A DNA stretch of 64,000 nucleotides from Candidatus Oscillibacter excrementigallinarum (GCA_019118245.1 DWZJ01000085.1:2822-66821); one strand, 5' to 3'. Shown: positions 16,645 to 26,547, counted from the stretch's first letter. Made by a program: numbers and translations. The notes: generated by a model from the sequence alone, not told the origin.

Positions 16645-17997
16645 ATGGCAACACTGACACCTACCCGCCGGGGCCGCTGCGCCGGCATGGGGGACTGGCA
16701 GGCCCAGTATCAGGCCCTGCGGATGACCGCCCGGGAGGCGGCGGAGCTGATCCGGGACGGAGAGCAGATGGCATTTGCGGCCATGTCCAACTGGCCCTGG
16801 GAGCTGGACGGCGCCCTGGCGGAGCGGCTGCTGGAGACCGGCGGCCATGTGGCCATCTACGGGCACTTCATCCCCGCCGGGGCCCGGCTGCTGACGCCGG
16901 AGCTGGCGGGACAGGTGACCTATGACTCCAACTTCTACGGCGTGGAACGGGGCCTGGAGCCCATGGGCAACGTCCACTACGCCCCCTCCAACCTGAGCCA
17001 GACCCCGGCCTGGCTCCTGGCCCGGCGTCCCCGGGTGGCGGCGCTGACCTGCTCCCTCCCGGATGAGAACGGGTGGATGAGCCGCTCCCTGTGGGGCACG
17101 GCCCTGAGCCGAAGGGTGCTGGAGCAGTGCGAGGTGGTGCTGGTGGAGGTGAACCCCCGGATGCCCAATATCCCCAGTGACGGGGAGGCCCACACCCGCC
17201 TCCATGTCTCGGAGGTGGACGGGATCATCGAATCCAGCCGCCCTCTGGTGGAGACGCCCATCGCGGAGGGAAATGAGACGGACAGCCGCATCGCGGGATA
17301 CATCGCGGACCTGGTGCCGGACGGCGCCTGCATCCAGCTGGGCCTGGGCGGGCTGGCCAACACCGTGGGCGAGTGCCTGGCCCACGCGGGAAAGCGGGAT
17401 CTGGGCGTCCACACGGAGATCCTGAGCACCGGCGTCATGGAGCTGATGCGCCGGGGCGTGGTGAACAACAGCCGCAAACAGACCTGCCCGGGGCGGAGCG
17501 TATACGCCAACATGGTGGGCGGGCCGGAGCTGTGGGACTTTGCCAATGACAATCCCGCTTTCTGCCAGAAGGAGATCGACTGGGTGAACGATGCCCGGAA
17601 CATCGCCCGGAACGACCAGGTGGTCTCCATCAACAACGCCATGGAGATCGACCTCACCGGCCAGGTGAACGCGGAGACCATCGGCCCCCGGCAGTACTCC
17701 GGCACCGGCGGCCAGCTGGAGTGGGTAGTCGGCTCCCAGTGGTCCAGGGGCGGAAAGAGCATCCTGGCCCTCCGCTCCAGCTACCGGGACAAGGCGGGGG
17801 TGCTCCACTCCAAGATCGTGCCCCAGCTGGCACCGGGCAGCGTGGTGACCACGCCCCGCACCTGCGTGCAGTACGTGGTGACGGAGTACGGCGTGGCGGA
17901 CCTGAAGTACAAGAGCGTGGTGGAGCGGGCCCGGGCCCTCATCGCCATCGCCCACCCGGACTTCCGGCGGGAGCTGGAGCGGCAGATGCCCCTTTGA
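16645..17997 (+). CDS. acetyl-CoA hydrolase/CoA-transferase family protein (4-hydroxybutyrate/butyryl-CoA transferase-like)
   Basis: IQLGLGG, GVHTE, INNAMEIDLTGQVNAE, SGTGGQLEW, VVTEYGVADL, IAIAHPDFR; ATG 16645 behind AAGGAGG. Confidence 0.9.
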   Translation: MATLTPTRRGRCAGMGDWQAQYQALRMTAREAAELIRDGEQMAFAAMSNWPWELDGALAERLLETGGHVAIYGHFIPAGARLLTPELAGQVTYDSNFYGVERGLEPMGNVHYAPSNLSQTPAWLLARRPRVAALTCSLPDENGWMSRSLWGTALSRRVLEQCEVVLVEVNPRMPNIPSDGEAHTRLHVSEVDGIIESSRPLVETPIAEGNETDSRIAGYIADLVPDGACIQLGLGGLANTVGECLAHAGKRDLGVHTEILSTGVMELMRRGVVNNSRKQTCPGRSVYANMVGGPELWDFANDNPAFCQKEIDWVNDARNIARNDQVVSINNAMEIDLTGQVNAETIGPRQYSGTGGQLEWVVGSQWSRGGKSILALRSSYRDKAGVLHSKIVPQLAPGSVVTTPRTCVQYVVTEYGVADLKYKSVVERARALIAIAHPDFRRELERQMPL

Positions 17998-18111
17998 CCG
18001 TCGGTCCGCATTTCCTTGGATGAACCTGACAAGGTCCCGCCTGCAAGCGGCGGGGCCTTGTGCTGTTTTGCTGAATTTTGCCATGGCGGCGGGAAAAGGG
18101 GGCGGAGGGAT

Positions 18112-18140
18112 TTGACATTTCTTCGCCCCCTCCGTAAAAT
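18112..18140 (+). promoter_or_regulatory. sigma-A promoter for cidA/lrgB
   Basis: TTGACA (18112-18117), 17 bp, TAAAAT (18135-18140). Confidence 0.75.
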
Positions 18141-18224
18141 AAAAAGGTTGATAACAATCCGCGCCGGACTGACAAGACGGCGCAAAGAAACGCGGCGGGG
18201 GACCGCCGGGAGAGGCGGCGTATC

Positions 18225-18587
18225 TTGAAACTCTTGACGCAAATCGGCATCATCTTCGGCATCTGCTGGATCAGCACCTGCATCGAGCGGGTGCTGCCCT
18301 TCACCCTGCCCGCCAGCATCATCGGGATGCTGCTGCTTCTGGCGCTGCTGCTGGCGCGGGTGGTGAAAACGGAGCACATCCGGGAGAAATCCGACTACCT
18401 GCTGGGGAACCTGCCCTTCTTTTTCATCCCTGCCAGCGTCAGCATCCTCAACTATGTGGATGTGCTGCGGGAGAATCTGCTCCCCCTGCTGGTGATCTGT
18501 ACGGTGTCGCTGGCGGCGACCTTTGCCGTCACCGTGTGGACGGTGCGGCTGACCAGCCGCCTGCTGGAGAGGGGGAAGCGGAGATGA
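18225..18587 (+). CDS. CidA/LrgA family membrane protein
   Basis: PASIIGMLLL, LPFFFIPASV; hydrophobic 120 aa, coupled to lrgB. Confidence 0.88.
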   Translation: MKLLTQIGIIFGICWISTCIERVLPFTLPASIIGMLLLLALLLARVVKTEHIREKSDYLLGNLPFFFIPASVSILNYVDVLRENLLPLLVICTVSLAATFAVTVWTVRLTSRLLERGKRR

Positions 18588-19273
18588 GCGCATTGTGGGA
18601 GTCCCCCTTTTTCGGCGTGACGCTGACCATCCTGGCCTACTGGGCCGGCTGCAAGATCCAGAAAAAGACGGGTCTTGTCATCTGCAACGGCCTGGTGCTG
18701 GCGGTGCTGATGATCATCGCCGTGCTGGTGGTGTTCGACATCCCCTACGAGGCCTACAACGCCGGCGGCAGCCTCATCAACCTCTTCCTGGGGCCGGCCA
18801 CCGTCTGCCTGGCGGTGACCATCTACTCCCAGATCGACCTGCTGAAGAAGAATCTCCTGCCCATCCTGGCGGGCTGCGCCGCGGGGGCGGTGACCTCGGT
18901 GTTCAGCATCTGGGGAATGTGCCGCCTGTTCGGCCTGGACGGCGCGCTGACGGCATCCCTTCTGCCCAAATCCGTCACCACGCCTATCGCCACCGCCATC
19001 TCGGAGGGGCAGGGTGGCATCGTCTCCATCACCGTGGCCGCAGTGATCTACACCGGCATCCTGGGCAACCTGTGCGCCCCGGCGCTGGTGCGGCTGCTGC
19101 GGGTGAAGGACCCGGTGGCGGCGGGGCTGGCCATCGGCGCCTGCAGCCATGCCATGGGCACCGCCCGGGCCCTGGAACTGGGGGAGACGGAGGGCGCCAT
19201 GAGCGGCCTTGCCATCGGCCTGTGCGGCATCGCCACCACGGTGCTGGCCCTGTTTTTCGATGTGCTGATCTGA
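18584..19273 (+). CDS. LrgB/CidB family membrane protein
   Basis: LGPATVCLAV, PKSVTTPIA, GLAIGACSHAMGT; ATGA overlap with cidA stop. Confidence 0.9.
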   Translation: MSALWESPFFGVTLTILAYWAGCKIQKKTGLVICNGLVLAVLMIIAVLVVFDIPYEAYNAGGSLINLFLGPATVCLAVTIYSQIDLLKKNLLPILAGCAAGAVTSVFSIWGMCRLFGLDGALTASLLPKSVTTPIATAISEGQGGIVSITVAAVIYTGILGNLCAPALVRLLRVKDPVAAGLAIGACSHAMGTARALELGETEGAMSGLAIGLCGIATTVLALFFDVLI

Positions 19274-19292
19274 GCGCAGACCCATCCGGATA

Positions 19293-19331
19293 CAAAACAA
19301 GGTCCCGGCCAACGGCCGGGACCTTGTTTTG
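19293..19331. terminator. bidirectional intrinsic terminator
   Basis: CAAAACAAGGTCCCGGCC-AAC-GGCCGGGACCTTGTTTTG, perfect 18-bp stem. Confidence 0.9.
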
Positions 19332-19338
19332 CTTGCTT

Positions 19339-21426
19339 TTACACATAGAACAGCAGGTCGCTGTACACCGGGAAGGGCCAGTAGTCGGAGGCGGTGAGGG
19401 TCTCCAGCTGGTCGGCGGCCTTCCGGGCCTCGTCCATGTCGGGGATCAGCACGTCGTGGCAGTAGCGCATGGCCTTGGCGGAGTCGCCGGGGATGACGTC
19501 CACATCGGCCTCCAGCTTGTCGCAGGCGGCCATCAGCGCGTCCGTCAGGGCGGAGATCTCCTTGGCGGTGGTGGTCTCGTACTGGCGGGAGACACCCATG
19601 GCGTCCTTGTGATAGGCCCGCTGGCACAGATCGTCGGCGTACTTGGAGACGGCGGGCAGGATCTGATGGCGGATCATATCCGCCATGGTCTTGGCCTCAA
19701 TGGTCAGGACGGTGGAGTAGTTCTCAATGTGGATCTCCGCCCGGGCCTCGATCTCCTCCTTGGTGTAGATGCCGTGCTTGATGAACAGGTCCATGTTCTT
19801 CGGGGCGGTGTACATGGGCAGGGCGTCCGCGGCGGAGACCAGATTGTACAGCCCCCGTTTCTTGGCCTCCTCCAGCCAGGACTCGTCGTAGCCGTTGCCG
19901 TTGAAGATGATCCGCTGATGCTCGGTAAAGGTCTTTTTGATGAGCTTCTGCAGATCCGCCTGGAAGTCCTTGGAGGGCTCCAGCGCGTCGGCGAACTGCT
20001 TGAGCTCCTCGGCCATGATGGTGTTCAGGGCGATGTTGGGGCCGGAAATGGACTGGGAGGCGCCCAGCATCCGGAACTCGAACTTGTTGCCGGTGAAGGC
20101 CATGGGAGAGGTGCGGTTGCGGTCCGTGTTGTCCTGGCGGATGGCGGGCAGGGCGTCCACGCCGATCTCCAGCGTGCGCTTGCCGGTGTCCTGGAATTCC
20201 GTGCCGCGGATGATGGAGTCCACCACGGCGGAGAGCTCATCGCCCAGGAAGATGGACAGCACAGCGGGCGGCGCCTCCTGGGCGCCCAGCCGGTGGTCGT
20301 TGCCGGGGAAGGCCACCGTGGCCCGCAGGAAGTCCTGATAGTCGTCCACGCCCTTGACGAAGGCCGCCAGGAACAGCAGGAACCGGGCGTTCTGCCGGGG
20401 GGTGGAGCCAGGCTTGAACAGGTTCTTGCCCGTGTCGGTGGACAGGGACCAGTTGTCGTGCTTGCCGGAGCCGTTGACGCCGGCAAAGGGCTTTTCATGG
20501 AGCAGGCAAACCAGGCCGTGGCGGTCCGCCACCTTCTTCATGATCTCCATCACCAGCTGGTTCTGGTCGCAGGCGGAGTTGGCGTCGGTGTAGATGGGGG
20601 CCATCTCATGCTGGGAGGGGGCCACTTCATTGTGCTTGGTCTTGCTGAGGACGCCCAGCTTCCACAGTTCCTCGTCCAGGTCCTTCATATACGCGGCCAC
20701 CCGGGGACGGATGGCGCCGAAGTAGTGGTCCTCCAGCTCCTGGCCCTTGGGAGGCTTGGCGCCGAACAGGGTGCGGCCGGTCATCCGCAGGTCCTCCCGC
20801 TGGGCGTACAGGGCCTTGTCGATCAGGAAATACTCCTGCTCCGGGCCCACCTGGGCAGTGACCCGCTTGGTCTCCGTGTCGCCGAACAGCCGCAGGATGC
20901 GGACCGCCTGGCGGCTGACCTCCTCCATGGAGCGCAGCAGGGGCGTCTTCTTGTCCAGAGCCTCGCCGGAATAGGAGCAGAAGATGGTGGGGATGCAGAG
21001 GGAGCCCTCCTTGATGAAGGCAAAGGAGGTGGGGTCCCAGGCGGTGTAGCCCCGGGCTTCGAAGGTGGCCCGCAGGCCGCCGGAGGGGAAGGAGGAGGCG
21101 TCTGGCTCGCCCCGGACCAGCTCCTTGCCGGAGAACTCCATCATGATCTTGCCGCCGCCCACCGGGGCGATGAAACTGTCGTGCTTCTCGGCGGTGACGC
21201 CGGTCATGGGCTGGAACCAGTGGGTGTAGTGGGTGGCGCCCTTCTCCACGGCCCATTGCTTCATGGCCTCGGCGATCTCGTTGGCAGTGGAGATGTCCAG
21301 AGAGGTGCCGTCGGTGACGCTCTTCTTCCACGCCTCATAGGACGCGGAGGAGAGGCGCTCCTTCATGGTCTCCTCATTGAAGACCATGCTGCCGAACAAC
21401 TCGGGAAGTTTCATGGTGGTACTCAT
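19339..21426 (-). CDS. glutamine synthetase type III
   Basis: THYTHWFQP, EKHDSF, GEPDASSFPSGG, HNEVAP, NGSGKHDNWS, HRLGAQEAPP, DRNRTSP; ~695 aa; ATG 21426 behind AGGAGG. Confidence 0.94.
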   Translation of the reverse strand: MSTTMKLPELFGSMVFNEETMKERLSSASYEAWKKSVTDGTSLDISTANEIAEAMKQWAVEKGATHYTHWFQPMTGVTAEKHDSFIAPVGGGKIMMEFSGKELVRGEPDASSFPSGGLRATFEARGYTAWDPTSFAFIKEGSLCIPTIFCSYSGEALDKKTPLLRSMEEVSRQAVRILRLFGDTETKRVTAQVGPEQEYFLIDKALYAQREDLRMTGRTLFGAKPPKGQELEDHYFGAIRPRVAAYMKDLDEELWKLGVLSKTKHNEVAPSQHEMAPIYTDANSACDQNQLVMEIMKKVADRHGLVCLLHEKPFAGVNGSGKHDNWSLSTDTGKNLFKPGSTPRQNARFLLFLAAFVKGVDDYQDFLRATVAFPGNDHRLGAQEAPPAVLSIFLGDELSAVVDSIIRGTEFQDTGKRTLEIGVDALPAIRQDNTDRNRTSPMAFTGNKFEFRMLGASQSISGPNIALNTIMAEELKQFADALEPSKDFQADLQKLIKKTFTEHQRIIFNGNGYDESWLEEAKKRGLYNLVSAADALPMYTAPKNMDLFIKHGIYTKEEIEARAEIHIENYSTVLTIEAKTMADMIRHQILPAVSKYADDLCQRAYHKDAMGVSRQYETTTAKEISALTDALMAACDKLEADVDVIPGDSAKAMRYCHDVLIPDMDEARKAADQLETLTASDYWPFPVYSDLLFYV

Positions 21427-21510
21427 GCGTTTCATCCTCCTGTATTGATCAAATGGTATCGTATCATATCAGATGCTGAGAACTCAATAGGACAAGACGT
21501 TTTTTCAGAA

Positions 21511-23094
21511 TTATTTGCCGCTGTCGCCGTAGTTGGACAGGACCCGGGCGGAGGGATCATCCACGTCACAGCCCTCCCAGGACTTGTTGGGCATCCAGAA
21601 GTCCCGGATCATCCGGGCCTGGCCGGGGTAGTACTGCTCGAAGATCTCCCGGTACAGCAGGCTCTCCTTGGTGAAGGGCGGGCAGTAGTCGTACTTGCGC
21701 CGCAGTGTCTCAAATTCGGAGTCCGTGTACTTCTCCTCGGCGTAGGCCTTCAGGTCGTCCACCATGGAGTGGCCCACCGCGTCGGAGAAGGCGGCCTTCT
21801 GCCGCCAGAGGATGCTGTCCGGCAGCAGGTGGTCTTTTTCAAAGGCGTGGCGCAGCAGATACTTGCCCATGTGATAGGTGTTCTGCTTCAGCCTGGGGTC
21901 GATGGACATGACATATTTCACGAAGTCCAGGTCGCCGAAGGGGACCCGGGCCTCCAGGGAGTTGACGGAGATGCACCGGTCCGCCCGCAGCACATCGTAC
22001 ATGTGGAGCTCATCCACCCGCTTTTTGGACTCGGCCTGAAAGGCTTCGGCACTGGGGGCGAAGTCCGTGTACTTGTAGCCGAACAGCTCGTCGCTGATCT
22101 CGCCGGTCAGCAGCACCCGCACGTCCGTCCGCTCGTGGATGGCTTTGCAGCACAGGTACATCCCCATGCTGGCCCGGATGGTGGTGATGTCCCAGGTGCC
22201 CAGGGCGGCGATGACGATGGGCAGCGCCGCCAGGACCTCCTCCCGGGTCATGTAGACCTCCGTGTGGTCGGCACCGATGAACTCCGCCACCTCCCGGGCG
22301 TACTTCAGATCGATGGCGTCCGTGTCCATGCCGATGGCGAAGGTGCGAATCTTCTTCCCCAGCACCACCGAGGAGATGGCGCACACCAGGGAGGAGTCCA
22401 GCCCGCCGGAGAGCAGGAAGCCCAGGGGGGCGTCCGCGTCCAGCCGTTTGTCCACGGCGGCGATCAACTTGTTGCGGATATTGCGGCAGACGGTCTCCAG
22501 GTCGTCGGCGGAATACTGCTGAACGGTGGTCAGGTCCGCGTAGCGGACGAATTTGCCGTCCGCGTAGTAGTGTCCCGGCGGGAAGGGGCGGATCTCCTTA
22601 CACAGCCCCACCAGGTTCTTCGGCTCGCTGGCAAAGACGATGGCGCCGGCGCGGTCATAGCCGTAGTACAGGGGCCGGATGCCGATGGGGTCCCGGGCGG
22701 CGATGAGATCGTCTTTCTTGGCGTCGTAGATGATGAGGGCGAACTCCGCGTCCAGCTTGGCGAACATCTCCAGGCCGTACTCCTGGTACAGGGGCAGCAG
22801 GATCTCGCAGTCGCTGCCGCTTTGGAACTGGTAGCCTTTTTCCGCCAGCTGCCGCTTCAGGGGGCGGAAGCCGTAGATCTCGCCGTTGCAGACCACGTAG
22901 TTGCCGTCCAGCGCAAAGGGCTGCATGCCCGCCCCCGTCAGGCCCATGATGGCCAGCCGGTGGAAGCACAGCCAGCCGGACGGGGTCTCGATGATCCGGG
23001 ACATGTCCGGCCCCCGGGAGCGGGTCCGGTCAAAGAAGGGCAGCAGCTCTTCCTTCGTGTGGGTCTTTCTGGAAAATCCCATGATCGCGCACAT
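21511..23094 (-). CDS. asnB: asparagine synthase (glutamine-hydrolysing)
   Basis: N-terminal Met-Cys (Ntn amidotransferase), RGPD, FHRLAI, CNGEIY, RDPIGIRPL, LSGGLDSS, GEISDE; ATG 23094 behind GGAGGT. Confidence 0.95.
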   Translation of the reverse strand: MCAIMGFSRKTHTKEELLPFFDRTRSRGPDMSRIIETPSGWLCFHRLAIMGLTGAGMQPFALDGNYVVCNGEIYGFRPLKRQLAEKGYQFQSGSDCEILLPLYQEYGLEMFAKLDAEFALIIYDAKKDDLIAARDPIGIRPLYYGYDRAGAIVFASEPKNLVGLCKEIRPFPPGHYYADGKFVRYADLTTVQQYSADDLETVCRNIRNKLIAAVDKRLDADAPLGFLLSGGLDSSLVCAISSVVLGKKIRTFAIGMDTDAIDLKYAREVAEFIGADHTEVYMTREEVLAALPIVIAALGTWDITTIRASMGMYLCCKAIHERTDVRVLLTGEISDELFGYKYTDFAPSAEAFQAESKKRVDELHMYDVLRADRCISVNSLEARVPFGDLDFVKYVMSIDPRLKQNTYHMGKYLLRHAFEKDHLLPDSILWRQKAAFSDAVGHSMVDDLKAYAEEKYTDSEFETLRRKYDYCPPFTKESLLYREIFEQYYPGQARMIRDFWMPNKSWEGCDVDDPSARVLSNYGDSGK

Positions 23095-23118
23095 AAATAA
23101 AAGCACCTCCGGATATTG

Positions 23119-23382
23119 AAAAACGCAGCTTCCTCCTAAAATTTTAGGACGAATAGCTGCGATCCGCGGTGCCACCTAATTTGCCCCCGTATGGGGACCC
23201 CTTTCAAAGCTCCAACAAGCCCGTGTGAGATAACGATCACAACTCGTCGCACTTACTAACGGAGACCCGCGTTCGGATTGCAGCTACGGAGTGTTCTTCC
23301 CGCGGACTCTTTGTACAGGGTTCCCACTGCCCCCCGCTCACTGAACCGGAACTTCCACGGTACTTTTCTCCATCAACGCCTT
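23119..23382 (-). ncRNA. T-box riboswitch with Asn (AAC) specifier, plus terminator
   Basis: Stem I start GGCGTTGATGGAGAAAAGTA, 3' side AAG-AAC-A-CTCC (AAC at 23293-23295); T-box AATTAGGTGGCACCGCG (23165-23181); terminator GCAGCT...TCCTAAAATTTTAGGA...AGCTGCGTTTTT. Confidence 0.88.
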
Positions 23383-23559
23383 TGCTGATGTCTGATTGTC
23401 CTCGATGTTTGAATCGATGGTAGAAGTCTATCACTATGGCCGGAGCACTGTCAATGTGAAAATTCACAAAATCGGGCTGCGTTTTTTGACGCACTTTTTG
23501 GGACAGCTGCCCCCTGGATGGACAGCGGCGGAGTGCGTCCGCACTCCGCCGCCAGTGGT

Positions 23560-24978
23560 TCAGAGGTTGATCTCCGGCACATCCTGACTGGCGCCGGTGA
23601 GCAGGGGCCGCACCTGAGAGAGGAACACGTCCACCTGTTCCGGGCAGCGGCCGATGTACAGTTTCGGGTCCAGGACAGCCTCCATCTCTGCCTCCGTCAT
23701 GCCGAAGGCGGGCTCCGCCGCCAGACGGGCGAGCAGGTCGCAGGGCTCCCCCTCCTTCATTTTGGCGGTGGCGGCCATGGAGCAGGTGCGGATGATCTCG
23801 TGGAGCTCCTGGCGGTTGCCGCCCCGCTTGACGCCTTCCATCATCAGGTTCTCCGTGGCGATGAAGGGCAGATACTCCCGGCAGGTCCGATCCACGATCT
23901 TCTCGTTGACGTGGAGCCCGTCGGTGACGTTCTGGGCCAGACGCAGGATGGCGTCGGCGCAGAGGAATCCCTCCGGCATGGAGATGCGGCGGTTGGCGGA
24001 GTCGTCCAGCGTCCGCTCCAGCCACTGGACGGAGGCGGTCATAGGAGCGTTCGTGGCGTCCGCCATCAGGTAGCGGGCCAGGGAACAGATCCGCTCGGAC
24101 CGCATGGGGTTGCGCTTGTAGGCCATGGCGCTGGAGCCGATCTGGTTCTTCTCGAAGGGCTCCTCCACCTGCCGGTCGTGCTGGAGCAGGCGGATGTCGT
24201 TTGCCATGCGGTAGCAGCTCTGGGCGATGGCGGAGAGGCAGTTCAGGATGCGGCTGTCCGCCTTCCGGGGATAGGTCTGGCCGCAGACGGAGAAGCACTG
24301 GTCAAAGCCGAACTCCGCGGCGATCCGCCGGTTCATCTCGTCGATCTTGGCGCCGTCCCCGTCGAAGAGGTCCACGAAGCTGGCCTCGGTGCCGGTGGTG
24401 CCCCGGCAGCCCAGGAACTTCATGTGGGAGAGGACGAAGTCCAGCTCCTCCAGATCGGCCAGGAAATCCTGCATCCACAGCGTGGCCCGCTTGCCCACCG
24501 TCACCAGCTGGGCGGGCTGGTAGTGGGTGTAGCCCAGGGTGGGGGTGGCCTTGTACCGGTCCGCGAACTTGGCCAGGTTGGCCACCACCGCCAGCAGCTC
24601 GCCCCGGAGGTACCGCAGGCCCTCCCGGTAGATGATGAGGTCCGCGTTGTCGGTGACATAGCAGCTGGTGGCCCCCAGGTGGATGATGCCCGCGGCGGAG
24701 GGCGCCGCCTTGCCGTAGGTGTAGACGTGGGCCATCACGTCGTGGCGGACCTCCTTCTCCCGCGCTGCCGCCGTCTCGTAGTCGATGTCGGTGATGTGGG
24801 CCTCCAGCTCCGCCACCTGCTCCGCCGTGATGGGCAGGCCCAGCTCGTGCTCCGCCCGGGCCAGGGCCACCCACAGCCGCCGCCAGGTCTGGAAGCGCAT
24901 ATCCGGAGAGAACAGGTGCAGCATGAAGTTCGAGGCGTACCGGGACGCCAGGGGAGATTCGTATTTGTCCTTGGACAT
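23560..24978 (-). CDS. purB: adenylosuccinate lyase
   Basis: YESPLASRY, RHDVMAH, HLGATS, GYTHYQPAQ, GSSAMAYKRNP, ERTLDDSA. Confidence 0.95.
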   Translation of the reverse strand: MSKDKYESPLASRYASNFMLHLFSPDMRFQTWRRLWVALARAEHELGLPITAEQVAELEAHITDIDYETAAAREKEVRHDVMAHVYTYGKAAPSAAGIIHLGATSCYVTDNADLIIYREGLRYLRGELLAVVANLAKFADRYKATPTLGYTHYQPAQLVTVGKRATLWMQDFLADLEELDFVLSHMKFLGCRGTTGTEASFVDLFDGDGAKIDEMNRRIAAEFGFDQCFSVCGQTYPRKADSRILNCLSAIAQSCYRMANDIRLLQHDRQVEEPFEKNQIGSSAMAYKRNPMRSERICSLARYLMADATNAPMTASVQWLERTLDDSANRRISMPEGFLCADAILRLAQNVTDGLHVNEKIVDRTCREYLPFIATENLMMEGVKRGGNRQELHEIIRTCSMAATAKMKEGEPCDLLARLAAEPAFGMTEAEMEAVLDPKLYIGRCPEQVDVFLSQVRPLLTGASQDVPEINL

Positions 24979-25019
24979 GGGAAGGACCTCCTTTTCCGCA
25001 GAGAATAGACGCTGGAACG

Positions 25020-25139
25020 AATTAGGAATTAGGAGTTAGAAGTTAGGAATTGAGGTGTCCGGCGCAGCCGGACAGATTTCATTCAATCGTCGCCGAAGGC
25101 GACTCCACAATTCCTAATTCCTCATTCCTAATTCCTAAC
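25020..25139. repeat. dispersed heptamer-arm element, copy B (between purA and purB)
   Basis: Left arm AATTAGG-AATTAGG-AGTTAGA-AGTTAGG, cores GTCCGGC-GCA-GCCGGAC and GTCGCC-GAA-GGCGAC, right arm AATTCCT-AATTCCT-CATTCCT-AATTCCT. Confidence 0.85.
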
Positions 25140-25163
25140 AATAAAATGTTCGCAGAAGTCAGC

Positions 25164-26438
25164 TTATCTTACAATAATAGAGTCCCGCTCCGGTCCGACG
25201 GAGACGTAGGTGATGTGGCAGCCGATGGCTTTTTCCACGTATTCCACGTAGTCCCGGGCGGCCTGGGGCAGGTCCTCCCACTTCCGGACGCCGGAGATGT
25301 CGCACTTCCAGCCGGGCATGGCCGTCATCACGGGCTTGGCATCCGGCAGGATGGCCGGGAAGGGGAATTCGTCGGTTTCCTGGCCGTTCAGCTCATACCG
25401 GGCGCAGATGGGGATCTGGTCCATGTAGCTCAGCACGTCCAGCTTGGTGAGGGCGATGTCCGTGGCGCCCTGGCACTGAACGCCGTAGCGGGTGGCCACG
25501 ATGTCGATGGGGCCCACCCGGCGGGGCCGTCCGGTCTTGGCGCCGTACTCGCCGCCGGCCTCCCGCAGCTTCTCCGCCTCCTCACCGAACCACTCGCAGG
25601 TGAAGGGGCCCTCACCCACGCAGGAGGAGTAGGCCTTCACCACGCCGATGACCTGGCCGATCTGGGCGGAGGGCAGGCCGGAGCCCACGGGGGCATAGGC
25701 CGCCACCGCGTTGGAGGAGGTGGTGTAGGGATAGATGCCGTAGTCCAGGTCCCGCAGGGCGCCCAGCTGGGCCTCGAACAGGATGCTCTTCCCCTCCGCC
25801 TGGGCCTGGCGCAGGAAGGCGCCGGTGTCGCAGATGAAGGGCTTGATCTTCTCGCCGAAGTCCGCCACCCAGGCCTTCAGGTCCTCCAGAGTGTAGGGCT
25901 TGGCACCGTAGACCCGCTCCAGGGTCAGGTTCTTCCACTCCAGGATACCTGCCAGGTGCTCCCACAGCTTCTCGGGATACAGAAGCTCGCCGGCCATGAC
26001 GGTCTTTTTCTGATACTTGTCGGAGTAGAAGGGGGCAATGCCCTGCTTGGTGGAGCCGTACTTCTTGTCCGCCAGGCGGGCCTCCTCCAGGGAGTCCAGA
26101 TCCCGGTGCCAGGGCAGCAGCAGGGACGCCCGGTCGCTGATCTTCAGGTTCTCCGGCGTGATGGCCACGCCCTTGCCCATGACATCGGACATCTCGGTCC
26201 ACAGGCTCTCGCAGTCCAGGGCCACGCCGTTGCCCAGGATGTTCACCACGCCCTTGCGGAAGATGCCGGAGGGCAGCAGATGCAGGGCGAACTTACCGAA
26301 CTCATTCACCACGGTATGGCCGGCGTTGCCGCCGCCCTGGTAGCGGACCACCACGTCATAATCCTTGGTGATCAGGTCCACCATGCGGCCCTTGCCCTCG
26401 TCGCCCCAGTTGATTCCCACGATGGCACAATTTGACAT
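25164..26438 (-). CDS. purA: adenylosuccinate synthetase
   Basis: GINWGDEGKG, YQGGGNAGHT, LLPSG, EAQLGALRDLDYGIYP, TGRPRRVG; ATG 26438 behind GGAGG. Confidence 0.95.
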   Translation of the reverse strand: MSNCAIVGINWGDEGKGRMVDLITKDYDVVVRYQGGGNAGHTVVNEFGKFALHLLPSGIFRKGVVNILGNGVALDCESLWTEMSDVMGKGVAITPENLKISDRASLLLPWHRDLDSLEEARLADKKYGSTKQGIAPFYSDKYQKKTVMAGELLYPEKLWEHLAGILEWKNLTLERVYGAKPYTLEDLKAWVADFGEKIKPFICDTGAFLRQAQAEGKSILFEAQLGALRDLDYGIYPYTTSSNAVAAYAPVGSGLPSAQIGQVIGVVKAYSSCVGEGPFTCEWFGEEAEKLREAGGEYGAKTGRPRRVGPIDIVATRYGVQCQGATDIALTKLDVLSYMDQIPICARYELNGQETDEFPFPAILPDAKPVMTAMPGWKCDISGVRKWEDLPQAARDYVEYVEKAIGCHITYVSVGPERDSIIVR

Positions 26439-26518
26439 ATCCAAAAACCTCCCGGTTTTGATTTACAGACTCTCCGGTCAGGTCGACCTTTTTTCACCAA
26501 AGATGCCCAACCTTAATT

Positions 26519-26547
26519 ATTATATCGGTAGAATCCCCATAAGTAAA
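26519..26547 (-). promoter_or_regulatory. sigma-A promoter for purA-purB
   Basis: TTTACT (26542-26547), 17 bp, TATAAT (26519-26524) on minus strand. Confidence 0.65.

Noticed and set aside
18595-23100. 1501-aa plus-strand ORF (and similar long ORFs at 8640-10292, 29245-31323, 55419-57980, 57999-60479)
   Set aside because: Antisense or alternate-frame shadows of well-supported genes, typical of GC-rich codon bias; no motifs or SD support.
23095-23175. Upstream start for asnB given in the track
   Set aside because: Lies inside the T-box terminator and would remove the required N-terminal Cys2.
23374-23387. CAGC-AAAGGC-GTTG hairpin with the same loop as the glnA ANTAR hairpin
   Set aside because: It coincides with the normal 5' start of T-box stem I and overlaps no terminator, so the resemblance is probably chance.
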